A program made the position numbers and the translations under genes. Shown here piece after piece: positions 25,400-36,593 of a DNA stretch of 64,000 nucleotides. The stretch is from Tubiluchus corallicola. Taxonomy: Eukaryota > Animalia > Priapulida. The notes under the pieces were generated by a model that made no database searches, was not told where the DNA came from, and worked only from the letters and a program-made list of their open reading frames with translations. Within the stretch, counting starts at the first letter, position 1. Every line of letters starts with the position of its first letter. Where the stretch lies: positions 442,660 to 506,659 of the forward strand of contig JAQGDQ010002366.1 of the NCBI GenBank assembly GCA_030141605.1, written 5' to 3'.

Positions 25400-28300
25400 G
25401 CAGGGAGTCCTGGCATAGGGAGGTGAGCAGAATCATGTCCGTGGACGTATGATTCATTGGATGATAATGAGTTCTGCCTAATGTCTAAGGGTTTGTTGGG
25501 TCTCCCTGTTTTGATGGACTTGATGAACTTAATTTTGGACGCAATGGACGTGAGTTGAATTACTAAACTGATGGACCTTTCTTCCAAAGTCCAAGAGACC
25601 TAACCACAACACGGGTTATTGGCGGTCTCTCCTCAACAGTGAATTCCAAGGGCCCACAACACGAGAAGACAAAAAATGAGCTCTGATATTAGTGCGAGAG
25701 TACTGCACAAATAATTTAAAATTGTGTCCATGTAAATCACGTAGTGGTCTAGAAAAAATTTATCACTGCGCAAAATCGAATTACCACTGATGACTTTATA
25801 ACAGTTCACTGATGACTTTATAACAGTTGATAAGATCTATAGTATCACGGCGTTGTTCAAGAGAAGATACAGAGTCAGGCTGAATATCAGAGGCCAGACT
25901 AATGCATTTCCACTGCTGAGTTTTTTTAAGCATTTTTAAGATTAACATACTGTTGTGACCAAACAACGCACGCATATTCCAGTATTGGCCTAACTACAGC
26001 CTTATAAAGAGGAACAATAGCTTTTGCACTACGTGATGAATTGCAGTGTTTTATCTTTCCAATGCGTCTATTGGCCTGAGAAATAATATGCTCAATATAT
26101 GAATGCCACTTCAGGTTGTTTGAGATTAATACACCTAAATCATGTATTACTGATTTTTCTTCAACAGCACCATCTCTCAGATAATAAGATATTGCAAAAT
26201 TAGAACGAATATGAGGTGCGCTGCATTTACTACGTTTGAGGGACATTAACCAGTTGTCACACCACCGCTCAATTTCAGACAGGTCAGCTTGTAAGATCTC
26301 TTAATCAGAGGAATTTCTAATTGGCCGGTACGGTTTCATATCATCAACAAACAGTTGTATATGTGTGTCAGGGGATACACAATTAGTAACATCATTGATA
26401 AAAGGTCCAGACAAAGTCCCTTGAGGAATGCCACTGGCTACATTTTTCCAGGAAATGGTTACACCATTTAAAACTACTCTTTGCTTTCTATGTGTTAGAA
26501 AGTAATGAAACCACTGGAGTACTTTCCCTCTTGTACCAGCAAATTCCATTTTCAACATAAGACGACAAAGAGGAACGGAATAAAATGCTTTTCTAAAATC
26601 AATGATGGGAGAGAAGGGTCATCAAAGAATTGAGACCAGTCATTTAAGCATTCGAGAAGATTTGTTATTGTGGAGCGTTGTGCTAAAGAACCATGTTGAT
26701 TATTATTGAATTGGCCAGAAAATAGGAGGAATTTTAGTATGTCATCCCACAAAAGAGCTTCAAAGCGTTTAGAGATAAAAGAAGGTAGAGAAATAGGGCG
26801 TAATTTGTCACATGTCAAGTTGGTGCTAGGTTTTTTGGGGATAGTGCTAACATTACAATCTAACCAGTCCTGAGGGACTATAAAACACTCCAAGGATTTG
26901 CAAAGAAGAAAGAAGGTAATGAGAGTTGTAAGGCACATGATTTCAATATAAAACCTTGAACATTATCAGGGCCAACAGCTTTGAAAAGTTCAAGTTTGGA
27001 AAGTTTATCATAGACATCATTCACAGTAAATTCAACACAGGAAATACTGTCGTTATTCTAAGACAAGAGAGTTGGAAAGGGACCATCATCAGGTTCATTA
27101 GTGTAGAAAGAAGCAAAAGAATCATTAATAGTATTAGCAACTGTGATAGGATCAGAAATAACATGCTGATGATTACTAATAGTAGTAATACGATTAGGAG
27201 GTTTAAGGAAATGTTTGCTATAACAGTAAAACTCTTATAATTCTTACTTTGTCGATTTGCAAGACGCTCCTCATATCACAAGCGAGCAGAATATAAAGCC
27301 GATTTCAATTCCTGAGAGGAGTGAGTATATTCAGCATGAACACTGTTAAGATTAGAATAGTTCCATTTTGACCATAATTTGCATTTAAGAGCTCTTCAAA
27401 AAAAAATTATTAACGAAATTAATTTAGAACGATTAAAGTCACGCTAGGGTCTAGTTACAAGTTGTTGGTCATTGTACTCAACATCAAAACAAATGCTAGT
27501 GTCATGATCGCTAGTTGAAAATCCAAGGAGAGCAATTTACAATGAGTTCAGGACAATTAGTTAAGACTAATTCTAGGCAACTGTTTTTGCGAGTAGGAAA
27601 ATGAACTAACTGAGAATTAATGTAAAGAATTAATAAACATACACTCAACATCATTATGAGGAACTGGGTCAGGCCATACTAATTTTGGAAAATTTAAATC
27701 ACCGCAAATGATAACAGAATTTTGAGAGTAGATAGAAATAGCATGTTTAATTTCTTCAAATATATATTGATTTCAGAATAACCAAATGTATGAGTATAGT
27801 TATTGTTGCAAAATCTATATATGCAAGTAACACTAAGACTGTCTCGTGAAGAAGTTTTGAGTTCAACAGCAACAGTGACTTACACAGGAATTAGCACTGA
27901 AACATGATTTGACAATAATAGCCACACCACTGCAATTGACATAAGGAAAAACAGAGTGTCTATCACATCTAAAAATTGAGTAATTTTGAGGCCAAATTAC
28001 ACTATCATCTATATCTTCAGAAAACCAGGTTTCAGATAAGCATACAAAATCAGGTTTATAATTATTAATGAAATTGAACAAATCAGTAAATTTATTAACA
28101 CAGCCATTGCAATTGAAGACAAAACCTTTGAGAGACGAACAGGAATATTGGTTAAGTCATTCATTATCAGAGATAGTAGCGTTAGCGTTCCGAAAGCGTT
28201 GTTTTCAGAAGTGCTGACATTTACGGGAAAGGTTTGATCATGACTATTAATTGCAGTAGTTTGGCAGTTCACAGGAGACAGATAACTGAAGGATGGATGA

Positions 28301-29220
28301 GTATAATGAACAGGAGTACTTGGTGGACAAATAAGTTTAGGGGTGAGTCCAGGAATAAGATTTTCACTAGAATGGGCTGAGTGACTACTGACCAAGGTTG
28401 TCAGGTGACTATCAGTCAGAGAAGCCAATTTGGCAGTTTATAGAAGTTGAAGGATAATTGACAAAGGGATGTATGCAAGTAACTGGAGTGCTAGGAGGAC
28501 AAAGAGTAGAAGAAGTGAGACCAGGGATGAGGTTTTCATGAGGAGGGACCATATGTCTTTTCACCAAAGTCATCTGATTACAATCAGCCAGAAGACGGCT
28601 GCAATCAGGAGTGAAGCCAATGTAACTATCACGAAGAAATGGACTATTAGTAACTTGTTTAACTACATGGGTCGCGGGTAGAATAGCTTGACTTGTGTCA
28701 GGAGACAGGCGATAATAAAAAGAACTCGTCTGTAAACTAGTATCAACAGACGGATGAGGTACTACATCATGAGTTTGATCCAGATTAGTGGCAGTACTGG
28801 GTAAAGCAAAAGAGCAACACTGTTGGGATGGTATAATAGTAAGATCAGGATTCAGGAGGGATTTGTTGCCATTCACATGATTGAGAGATAAAGTGCTTTC
28901 AGAACGTTGAGCTATTATTTCATGGCATTTACTCAAATGATTACAAACATCATGTCCACAAGCGTCACATGATTCAGGAGTACCTTTTATTGTGATTTCA
29001 ATCAGGAAAAATCTATTGGGTAGTTTATTAATGATAATCTCACAAGCGTATTTGGTGCATAACATAATGATGGTTTTACCTTGTTTACCAATAACTCTGC
29101 CAACATCATGAGCATCAATTGTCACAACCTTTGATATTAACATATGACTTGAAGTAGAAAACTCACCATACTTGATAGAAAATGCCTCTAGAAATTGTCT
29201 ATGACTACGTGTTTCACGCT
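25400..29220 (-). mobile_element. Decayed CR1-like LINE with a 5' KH domain, Pro/Ser-rich repeats, APE endonuclease and RT
   Basis: Colinear minus-strand fragments: KH domain (28937-29131, VGRVIGKQGKTI...ITIKGTPE); a repeat region; APE N-terminus (GFVFNCNG..NK..DL....KPDFVCLSETW..RCDR..GVAIIVK, about 27900-28135); RT (LRPISLPSFISKRFE, QHG...RSTITNLL, SGIPQGT, QLFVDDMK); C-terminus (DLGVLISNNLKWHSYI, LYKAVVRPILEYACVVWS, SSRVVGPWNSL). The ends are approximate. Confidence 0.8.
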
Positions 29221-29941
29221 CAAGGATAGTAAATCAGAAGTTACAAGGATGTTTTATGCCAATCATCAAGGGACTTCAGCAAATGTTTATTTTGTAAAAT
29301 GAAGTCAACTTTGGCTTTATCATCAAAACGAAGTAGGATAGGGCGAGTAACATTATATTTGCATTAGCCTAATCGTCTCACAAGAACTGGGTCAGTCCAA
29401 TGGCAGAAAGAATCAGTTGGCATTTATAGTTATCATCTTTTATTATCTTCCAGATTTACCTTCCTTTTAACTTGCACCTTCTGCACTCCCGTTTTTCCGT
29501 ATTGCCTGTTTGGCTCAGATTTTACAAGTTCAGCTTCCGATCTGACCTGATAATTGTCTGTGCTGCATTAATTGTTTGGCTGTATCTTATGTATTATTCT
29601 CTTATTATTTCTATAATTTCATTGTGCATTTTGTGTAAGATATTGTTAAATTGTACTGTGCTCTTGGAATAAATAAACAATAAACAATATAATGTTTAAA
29701 TTGTCCCCAAAAAATGATAGGAAAACAATAGCAGTAAAGTTATACTTAGTCCAGTGATACTGATACTAATATTGATACATTGTCAAAAGCTGTAGCATAA
29801 TAATAATGATGAATCGGATAAAACCAATGACCGCACATGTAGTTTTTACGTGCATGTCATATAAAATTTATATAAAGACCTGATATTAAATTTATTTTTG
29901 ATAGTTGCTTGTTTATTTTCATTTTAGATTATAAATGCAAA

Positions 29942-32494
29942 ATGAGCAGTACTGGCGAAGCAAGGGAAGACGATATAGACAGTAGTTCTGAGTCTCTTGA
30001 TTCTGATGAACCTATTGAGCCAAAGTTAAAGTATGAAAGGATTGCAAACGACCTCGCTAGCATTCTTAGTAAAGATGCAGCCAGTTGTATGGCAGTCCAT
30101 CAAAAATTTCTAGCACTTGGAACACATTGGGGAGTCATACATGTTCTTGACCATCTAGGCTACAATATTCATGGGAAAGAGAGACCAGCTCATACCACCA
30201 CAGTAAACCAGATTAGCATTGATGCCGAGGGTGAATATTTAGGCAGCTGTTCTGACGATGGCCGGGCTGTCATAGCTGGATTGTATTCCACGGAAAACAA
30301 CCAGATTCATATGTTTGATAGACCAGTAAAATCCATTGCCATAGATCCTGGTTTTGCTAAGCCTGGAAGTGGAAAACATTTCATGACTGGCGATGACAAG
30401 TTTGTGTTACACGAAAAGGCTTTTCTTAATCGCCATAAAACGTATATCCTTCACAGGGGGGAAGGTCTTATCAGGAATATCAAATGGTCACCTGCTGGAC
30501 AGTTTGTTGCTTGGGCAAATGATGTCAGTGTTAAAGTGTATGATATGGTCTTAAAGAAAAAAATTTCTTCAATCTTGAGAGAGGATACGTCAAACTTCCG
30601 ACCGGAACTTTATCGATGTAACCTGTTCTGGAAGGATGAGACAACTTTGCTGATTGGCTGGGCAGATTCTGTTAAAATTTGTGCCATTCGACAGAGAGAA
30701 GTTAGTTCTGCAGAACAACTTGTTCGATATGTGGAAATTACAGAAATGTTCACTACCGATTTTTACATTTGTGGCTTGGCACCTTTTGGGGACAGTCTCG
30801 TGTTGCTCTCATATGTTAGTGATGACCAGCATCTTAGTTCACAGATGGGATCAGAAAGACCACAGCTGAGAATTGTGGTACCTTACATGAATTATTACGA
30901 GGAAGTGTCCAATGACGCTCTGACCATACGGGGATTTTCAGAGTATCGGTGCAATGACTACCACCTAGAGTGTATAGCTGATGACAATTTATTTTTCATC
31001 ATCAGTCCAAAAGACGTTGTAATTGCCAAACCAAGGGACGATGATGATCACCTACAGTGGCTTATGGAGCATGAATATTTTGAAGAAGCAATGTCATGTG
31101 CGATGAAAAACGATGGAAAACACTTGAAGCGACACAGTCTGCAAGAAATAGGTAGAGCATATTTAAATCACTTACTAGAGCACGAGCGATACGATGATGC
31201 TGCCAGATTGTGTGTGAAAATTAATGGCAAAAATAAGCAACGTTGGGAAGAAGAAGTTTATAAGTTTGCACGAATTAGACAACTAAAAGCAGTTGCTCCT
31301 TATTTACCTAGAGGAGACATCTGCCTTGATCCAGCCATTTATGAAATGGTGCTCAATGAGTACCTACACACAGATTATGAAGGGTTTAATAATCTGATAA
31401 AAGAATGGCCTAGCTCTTTGTACCATATTCCAACTGTGATTAATGTAGTTAATGACCGACTTTATACAGATCCGGATAATGTCATCTTGTTGAAATCTTT
31501 AGGTGAACTGTACACTCGGGAGGCATCTTACGACAAAGCACTTGCTATTTATTTGAGGCTGAAACATAAAGATGTTTTCGACCTAATTCATAAACATGAT
31601 CTATTTCATTCTATATCGGACAAAATTGAACTGCTAGTAGATTTTGATGTTGAAAGAGGTGTAAAGCTCTTGTTGGATAACATGGATAAGGTGCCAATAG
31701 AGATGGTGATTAAAAAGTTGGAGAGCAGGCCAGATCTTCAACATTTTTATTTGGATAAATTATTTCAGAAAGACCCTCATGTCGGACAACAGTATCATGG
31801 TCTTCAAGTTCAACTGTATGCACAGTATGCTCCACAAGACCTGTTGTCTTTTCTGAAATCAAGTAGTTACTATCCGCTTCAGAAAGCCTTAGAGGAATGT
31901 CAGAGCAGGAATTTTGTTCGTGAGACTGTGTTTTTACTCGGGCGCATTGGTAACACAAAAGAAGCCCTTGCTCTTATCATACGTGAACTGAAAGATGTTA
32001 ATTGGGCTATTGAATTTTGTATGGAACACGATGATCTTGATCTGTGGGAAGATCTTATTGCTCAGTCACTTGACAAACCAGATTTTATAAAAGTATTACT
32101 GGAAAATATTGGCACTCATGTTGATCCGATAATATTAATAAAGCGGATCCAACCAGGGTTGAAAATACCAGCACTTCGAAACTCGCTGGTTAAGATAATG
32201 CAGGATTACAACTTGCAGATTGCCCTGAGAGAAGGGTGTCAGAATATCCTAATCAAAGACTGTTATCAACTAATGAACAAACTTGTAAGAACACAAAGCA
32301 AAGGCGTAAAAGTTGATGAGCAAGTTTGCTATTCTTGTAGAAATAAACTTATTATCAGTGATATCAGATTTGCAAGTAGTGTAGCAGTATTTAACTGTCG
32401 TCATGCATTCCATGTAGATTGCTTGGCAGCAGGCACTTTAACTTGTACCATATGCCATATGCAGAAGAGATCTCCCGGGTCATCACAAAGTTGA
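29942..32494 (+). CDS. VPS41: Vacuolar protein sorting 41 (HOPS subunit; WD40 + clathrin heavy-chain repeat + RING-H2), 850 aa, uninterrupted CDS
   Basis: EPKLKYERI, KDAASCMAVHQKFLALGTHWG, TTLLIGW, DALTIRGFSEYRCNDYHL, FFIISPKDVV, HDDLDLWEDLI, NIGTHVDPIILI and C-terminal CYSC...CRHAFHVDC...CTIC. The ATG at 29942 follows a splice acceptor (ttttcattttag ending 29927). Confidence 0.96.
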   Translation: MSSTGEAREDDIDSSSESLDSDEPIEPKLKYERIANDLASILSKDAASCMAVHQKFLALGTHWGVIHVLDHLGYNIHGKERPAHTTTVNQISIDAEGEYLGSCSDDGRAVIAGLYSTENNQIHMFDRPVKSIAIDPGFAKPGSGKHFMTGDDKFVLHEKAFLNRHKTYILHRGEGLIRNIKWSPAGQFVAWANDVSVKVYDMVLKKKISSILREDTSNFRPELYRCNLFWKDETTLLIGWADSVKICAIRQREVSSAEQLVRYVEITEMFTTDFYICGLAPFGDSLVLLSYVSDDQHLSSQMGSERPQLRIVVPYMNYYEEVSNDALTIRGFSEYRCNDYHLECIADDNLFFIISPKDVVIAKPRDDDDHLQWLMEHEYFEEAMSCAMKNDGKHLKRHSLQEIGRAYLNHLLEHERYDDAARLCVKINGKNKQRWEEEVYKFARIRQLKAVAPYLPRGDICLDPAIYEMVLNEYLHTDYEGFNNLIKEWPSSLYHIPTVINVVNDRLYTDPDNVILLKSLGELYTREASYDKALAIYLRLKHKDVFDLIHKHDLFHSISDKIELLVDFDVERGVKLLLDNMDKVPIEMVIKKLESRPDLQHFYLDKLFQKDPHVGQQYHGLQVQLYAQYAPQDLLSFLKSSSYYPLQKALEECQSRNFVRETVFLLGRIGNTKEALALIIRELKDVNWAIEFCMEHDDLDLWEDLIAQSLDKPDFIKVLLENIGTHVDPIILIKRIQPGLKIPALRNSLVKIMQDYNLQIALREGCQNILIKDCYQLMNKLVRTQSKGVKVDEQVCYSCRNKLIISDIRFASSVAVFNCRHAFHVDCLAAGTLTCTICHMQKRSPGSSQS

Positions 32495-32743
32495 TTTTAC
32501 ATGTTTACGTGTGATGTAGTCTAGTCTTCATTGCTCAAGTCCAAGTTTTCGCTTCATTTTATGGCTTGTGCTTAATAATAAAAGTTAGTTGATGGTGGTT
32601 GAGAAATTCATGATGGCAATTTACTATCCCTAAAAATACTTCAAATCCTACAACAGTGGTGCTTATCATATTTGTGTGCTGTGTATTAATTATTTATAAT
32701 CTTAGTCTGAAGAATATTATTATTAATGATGATGTAAACTCAC

Positions 32744-32964
32744 AATTGTTGAAACCAAACTTTGAGAAACAAAAAACATAAAAAGTTGGGACATAGCTTG
32801 GATTTGAACCAAGAACCTTTTGGGTACAAGCCAGATTGAGGGACACCCCAGTCTACCTAGTGGTTATGGCATCTGTCTTGTTAAACAGCAGGTACTTGGT
32901 TCAAATCTATGCTGTATTTCAAGTTTTTCACATTTCCTGTTTTTCAAAGTTCGATTTCAAAATT
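32744..32964. mobile_element. Inverted-repeat element built from two divergent tRNA-like modules, downstream of the VPS41 stop
   Basis: Arms of about 75 bp are reverse complements. B-box GGTTCAAATC occurs on + (32898-32907) and on - (32801-32810), with an A-box-like TACCTAGTGG at 32854-32863. A degenerate relative lies at about 39310-39535. Confidence 0.6.
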
Positions 32965-35445
32965 AAATAAATTGCAGGTTTGTCTATCATGCTGTACATT
33001 GTTTAGAGGTCAATGTGATACATTTCAGCTTGTGCTAGAGAATTATAGTTAAATGAGAGAGTACTGCTGTAAGAATTTCTTGCATTTTATTTTTTACTTG
33101 ATTTGGTAGCTCAAAAATGTCCACTATCATGCAGTAGTTGTGTGTGTGTTTGCCCTCAATATACTTGTTTTCTTTCAAACTCACACATGTTTCAGTTGAA
33201 CAATTTGAAATAATAATACATTACCAATTTTTACACTTAGGTCTAGGACTTTATAATTTTTTGTATCTTGCTTCTGTGTTTTCTCTTTACAATTATTATA
33301 TTGCTTAGAAATTGTTTTTTCCTTGCCTTATTGTAATCAGAGAACATAATATCTGCTACGCTTAAACTATTATGTAGAAACTATCAGCTATGAATTCACT
33401 GTGCAGTAAAAAGCATAAATGGTGGCAAAACAGTGAATGTCTTATTGCTACCCCTTATTGAGATAGTCTTTTTGGTAATTGCAAGCATGTCTGAAAATTG
33501 TCATTTCTTGCCATTTTCTGTTGACTTTGTACAAAATGTTTAACTTGTTCTGGCAGTTTATAAATAGTGTGCCTTCATATTTATCCTGGATAATTGTTCC
33601 CAACAAAACTGCAAAAGTAATGACGATTTGGATATAATAACTTGTAATGTAGGATTCATTTTGTAAGAAAGTTTTTCATTATAGTTTTAATTGGTATGTC
33701 CGGGTAAAAACATTAATAAAATATATTATTATACATACACAGTGAGCCGTAATTCGTTTTTGATTTGCAGTTAACACTAAAACAATAAATTACAATAATT
33801 ATACAATGTTATGATATAGCAATTTATGCTTATAACATTTTTAGAATTCACGCAAGACTATAATAATTATTCCCACGGTAATGAATGCGAAACATTAGTA
33901 TTTATAAAATTACATAATTATTTTTATTGGGTGCATATGCTTGAAGCACTATAGAAGTATTAACGATCAAATTTAAAACTTATTTTATGCGTTATTTATT
34001 ATGAATTTTTTGCATTACAGATGTTTGTAATTTTAATACGTGATAAAGTAAGCGTAGGTCATGACTTTCACAGGGTAATACGTGAACATCACATCAGAAA
34101 AAATGCAATAACATCTTATCAGACAAAATAAACATCATGCAAACAGCTGACAGTTTCTCAAGTCTTCATATCGGAGAGTTAATTTGTAACTTGTAGTGTT
34201 ATAACTTCGTATATAGATATAATATCTACACACACATATATAGGCCTATAGGATTGGATTTTTGGAAATAATTAACGCTCCTCTAAATTTTTGACTTGTT
34301 GCATTACCTAAGTCACACAATGTAATTATTATGTCTTATAATTATAATAACGGAACATGAATATAAGTGTGCATTGCTTCATTGAAATTTGATATCAAAA
34401 CTCTAAGGAAACTGGAATGATTAATTTTGAATTTTGTTGACAATAAGATTGTTACGTTGCAGCAAATTTGTTTTGGTTCCTATGCTACTGCTTTTAATTG
34501 TAATTTAGATCGATTTGCAGTTCCATTTCTTCCATCCTAGTTTCAGTTTAGATTTATTTATTTTTGTTTTTGTTTTAATTTTTGTTTAGTTACTCTAACA
34601 GCAACGATTTGCTGCTACGTATAGGCAATCTAGAATTTTTTCGACACTGCTTTGACTTTTTTGTTGTTATAAGAAAGCCATTATATTTATTGGAAGTTTA
34701 TTGACCACTCTACCATAATTAGCTCCTTTAAAAATATGTAAATTTACTTTGGACATTTATGTAAAAACAGTAACACACAACGTACATTACAAAACAATAA
34801 AATAAAACAATACGTTTATAGAAAACGCATATTTAGTTGATATATTCAAAATTCGTACTATTTTGTAAGGTGGTAAATTGCAAAAGAAATATTATCAAAA
34901 AATGTTGAACTGCCTATTCTACAAGAGCTAGGAGCAGCAAAATAGCTTTGGCAGCGGCAAATACCGCCTGCGATGTTGACAATGACGACAACAACAATGA
35001 CAAATTAGGGCAATATACGCCCCATTTTATGTAGAATTCTTGAATTCAAGAAAAACTTGAAGGATGGGTGTTACCCTGTCCATGGTATCGAACATTGAAC
35101 TTCCTCATGCATTACCATTAAGCTATGAAAGTTATACTAGTACAGAATACAACGAATACCTTACAATTATGATTTATGAACTCTAGATGTGTAAACTATA
35201 GGCACCAAATACTCTCTAGTTAGACCTGCAATATTTAATATTTCATGTTTCTCTATTTCACCGTCTTGCAGTTTTTCTCGGCTGTCAAGTGTGCTGCGTG
35301 CAAGTTAAAATCTGAGATAAGATAAATAAGAATGGAAATACTCTGCCCTTTGATTCAGTGTTGTTACACTGCTTTGACGTCAAGTGGGCAGCAGCAGCAA
35401 GTTTTGTTTAGAGTAAGTATCATTTATCACCAACTTAAATCGTAA

Positions 35446-35843
35446 GTATAACATTAAAATTAAAATTTTTAGTCCTTTAAAGTTCATAGCGGTGTAAATA
35501 GTTCTCTTTCACAAATCTCAATAAAGGGGACGATGACAATTATTCTTCAAGTATTAATATTTACGTGTGTTTTATAAACCATCGTTGTTATACATACATG
35601 CATATAATTATATCTATAATAATCTACTATATACAATTATATATAATATATATCTATTATAATATAATTCTTAGAAGTATTATATATATATATATATTAC
35701 ATGAATATATACCAATGATTGTTTATTAAACACACGTAAATACTTGAAGAAAAATTGTCATCCTTTATTGAGATTTGTGAATGAGTACTACTTACACTGC
35801 TACAAATTTTGATGGACTAAAGATTTTAATTTTAATGGTATAC
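35446..35843. mobile_element. Foldback/MITE with ~140-bp inverted arms and a (TA)-rich centre
   Basis: 35446-35587 (gtataacattaaaattaaaa...tcacaaatctcaataaagg...tttacgtgtgttt) is the reverse complement of 35712-35843, with scattered mismatches; (TA)n lies in the centre and on the right flank. Confidence 0.75.
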
Positions 35844-36593
35844 ATGTGATATATATATATATATATATATAGTATTTTTTAATTTTTTGTGTATTTTTCG
35901 CTTTTGGCACGAGGTAGTTATAACTTACTGCTTGCGTGATTAAATAAACTGTTTTTCAAAAAATTGAAAAAATGCTTATGTGCTACCGGGAATTCCAAGC
36001 CAAGGTGTCTACACCTAGCTGGTAAGCCGCCTGCATGTTCACTCTCAACCGACAAGCGCAGGTGTTCCTCCTAAATGTCTATCTAGGGTCACATCTTGTA
36101 ACACGTAATAAAAAAGTTTCGCTACAGAATTTAAAGGACACGGACGAGTGCTTTATTTACCGTTTTCGACTTTCGTTAAGAGAAAGGAAAAAATAAAAAA
36201 ATCAATAAACAAGATTTTGGGGTTGTTAGGGTGTTTTAGGAAATTGGAAATGACTAGAGTCGGAATCTCACATTACAAATATTATAACCTTATTTACTAA
36301 TTATCATGTAGGAAGACACAAAAAAGAAAAGTGCAAACTACCGCTATTGTGTGATTTTTTTGTTAACCAATTTTTGTGACTGTTTTTGATGAGCGGCCTT
36401 TTTGTGATGCAATTACGAAACATACGCGTAATATCCCCAGGTATGATTACTTGCATGTGGCATTTTACTAAAGAATTTTTCATGTTTGTTTCTTAAAGGT
36501 TGAATGTAAAAACTTGTCAGTACATTACTTCCATTTTTATACAACCAATCAGATATATTAAATTTGAATGTAGATTTTTCCTTCTGGAAAAGA

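Noticed and set aside
29909-29941. N-terminal extension MFIFILDYKCK of VPS41 in the ORF track
   Set aside because: It starts at a TTG inside the polypyrimidine tract of the upstream intron; the first ATG after the acceptor is 29942.
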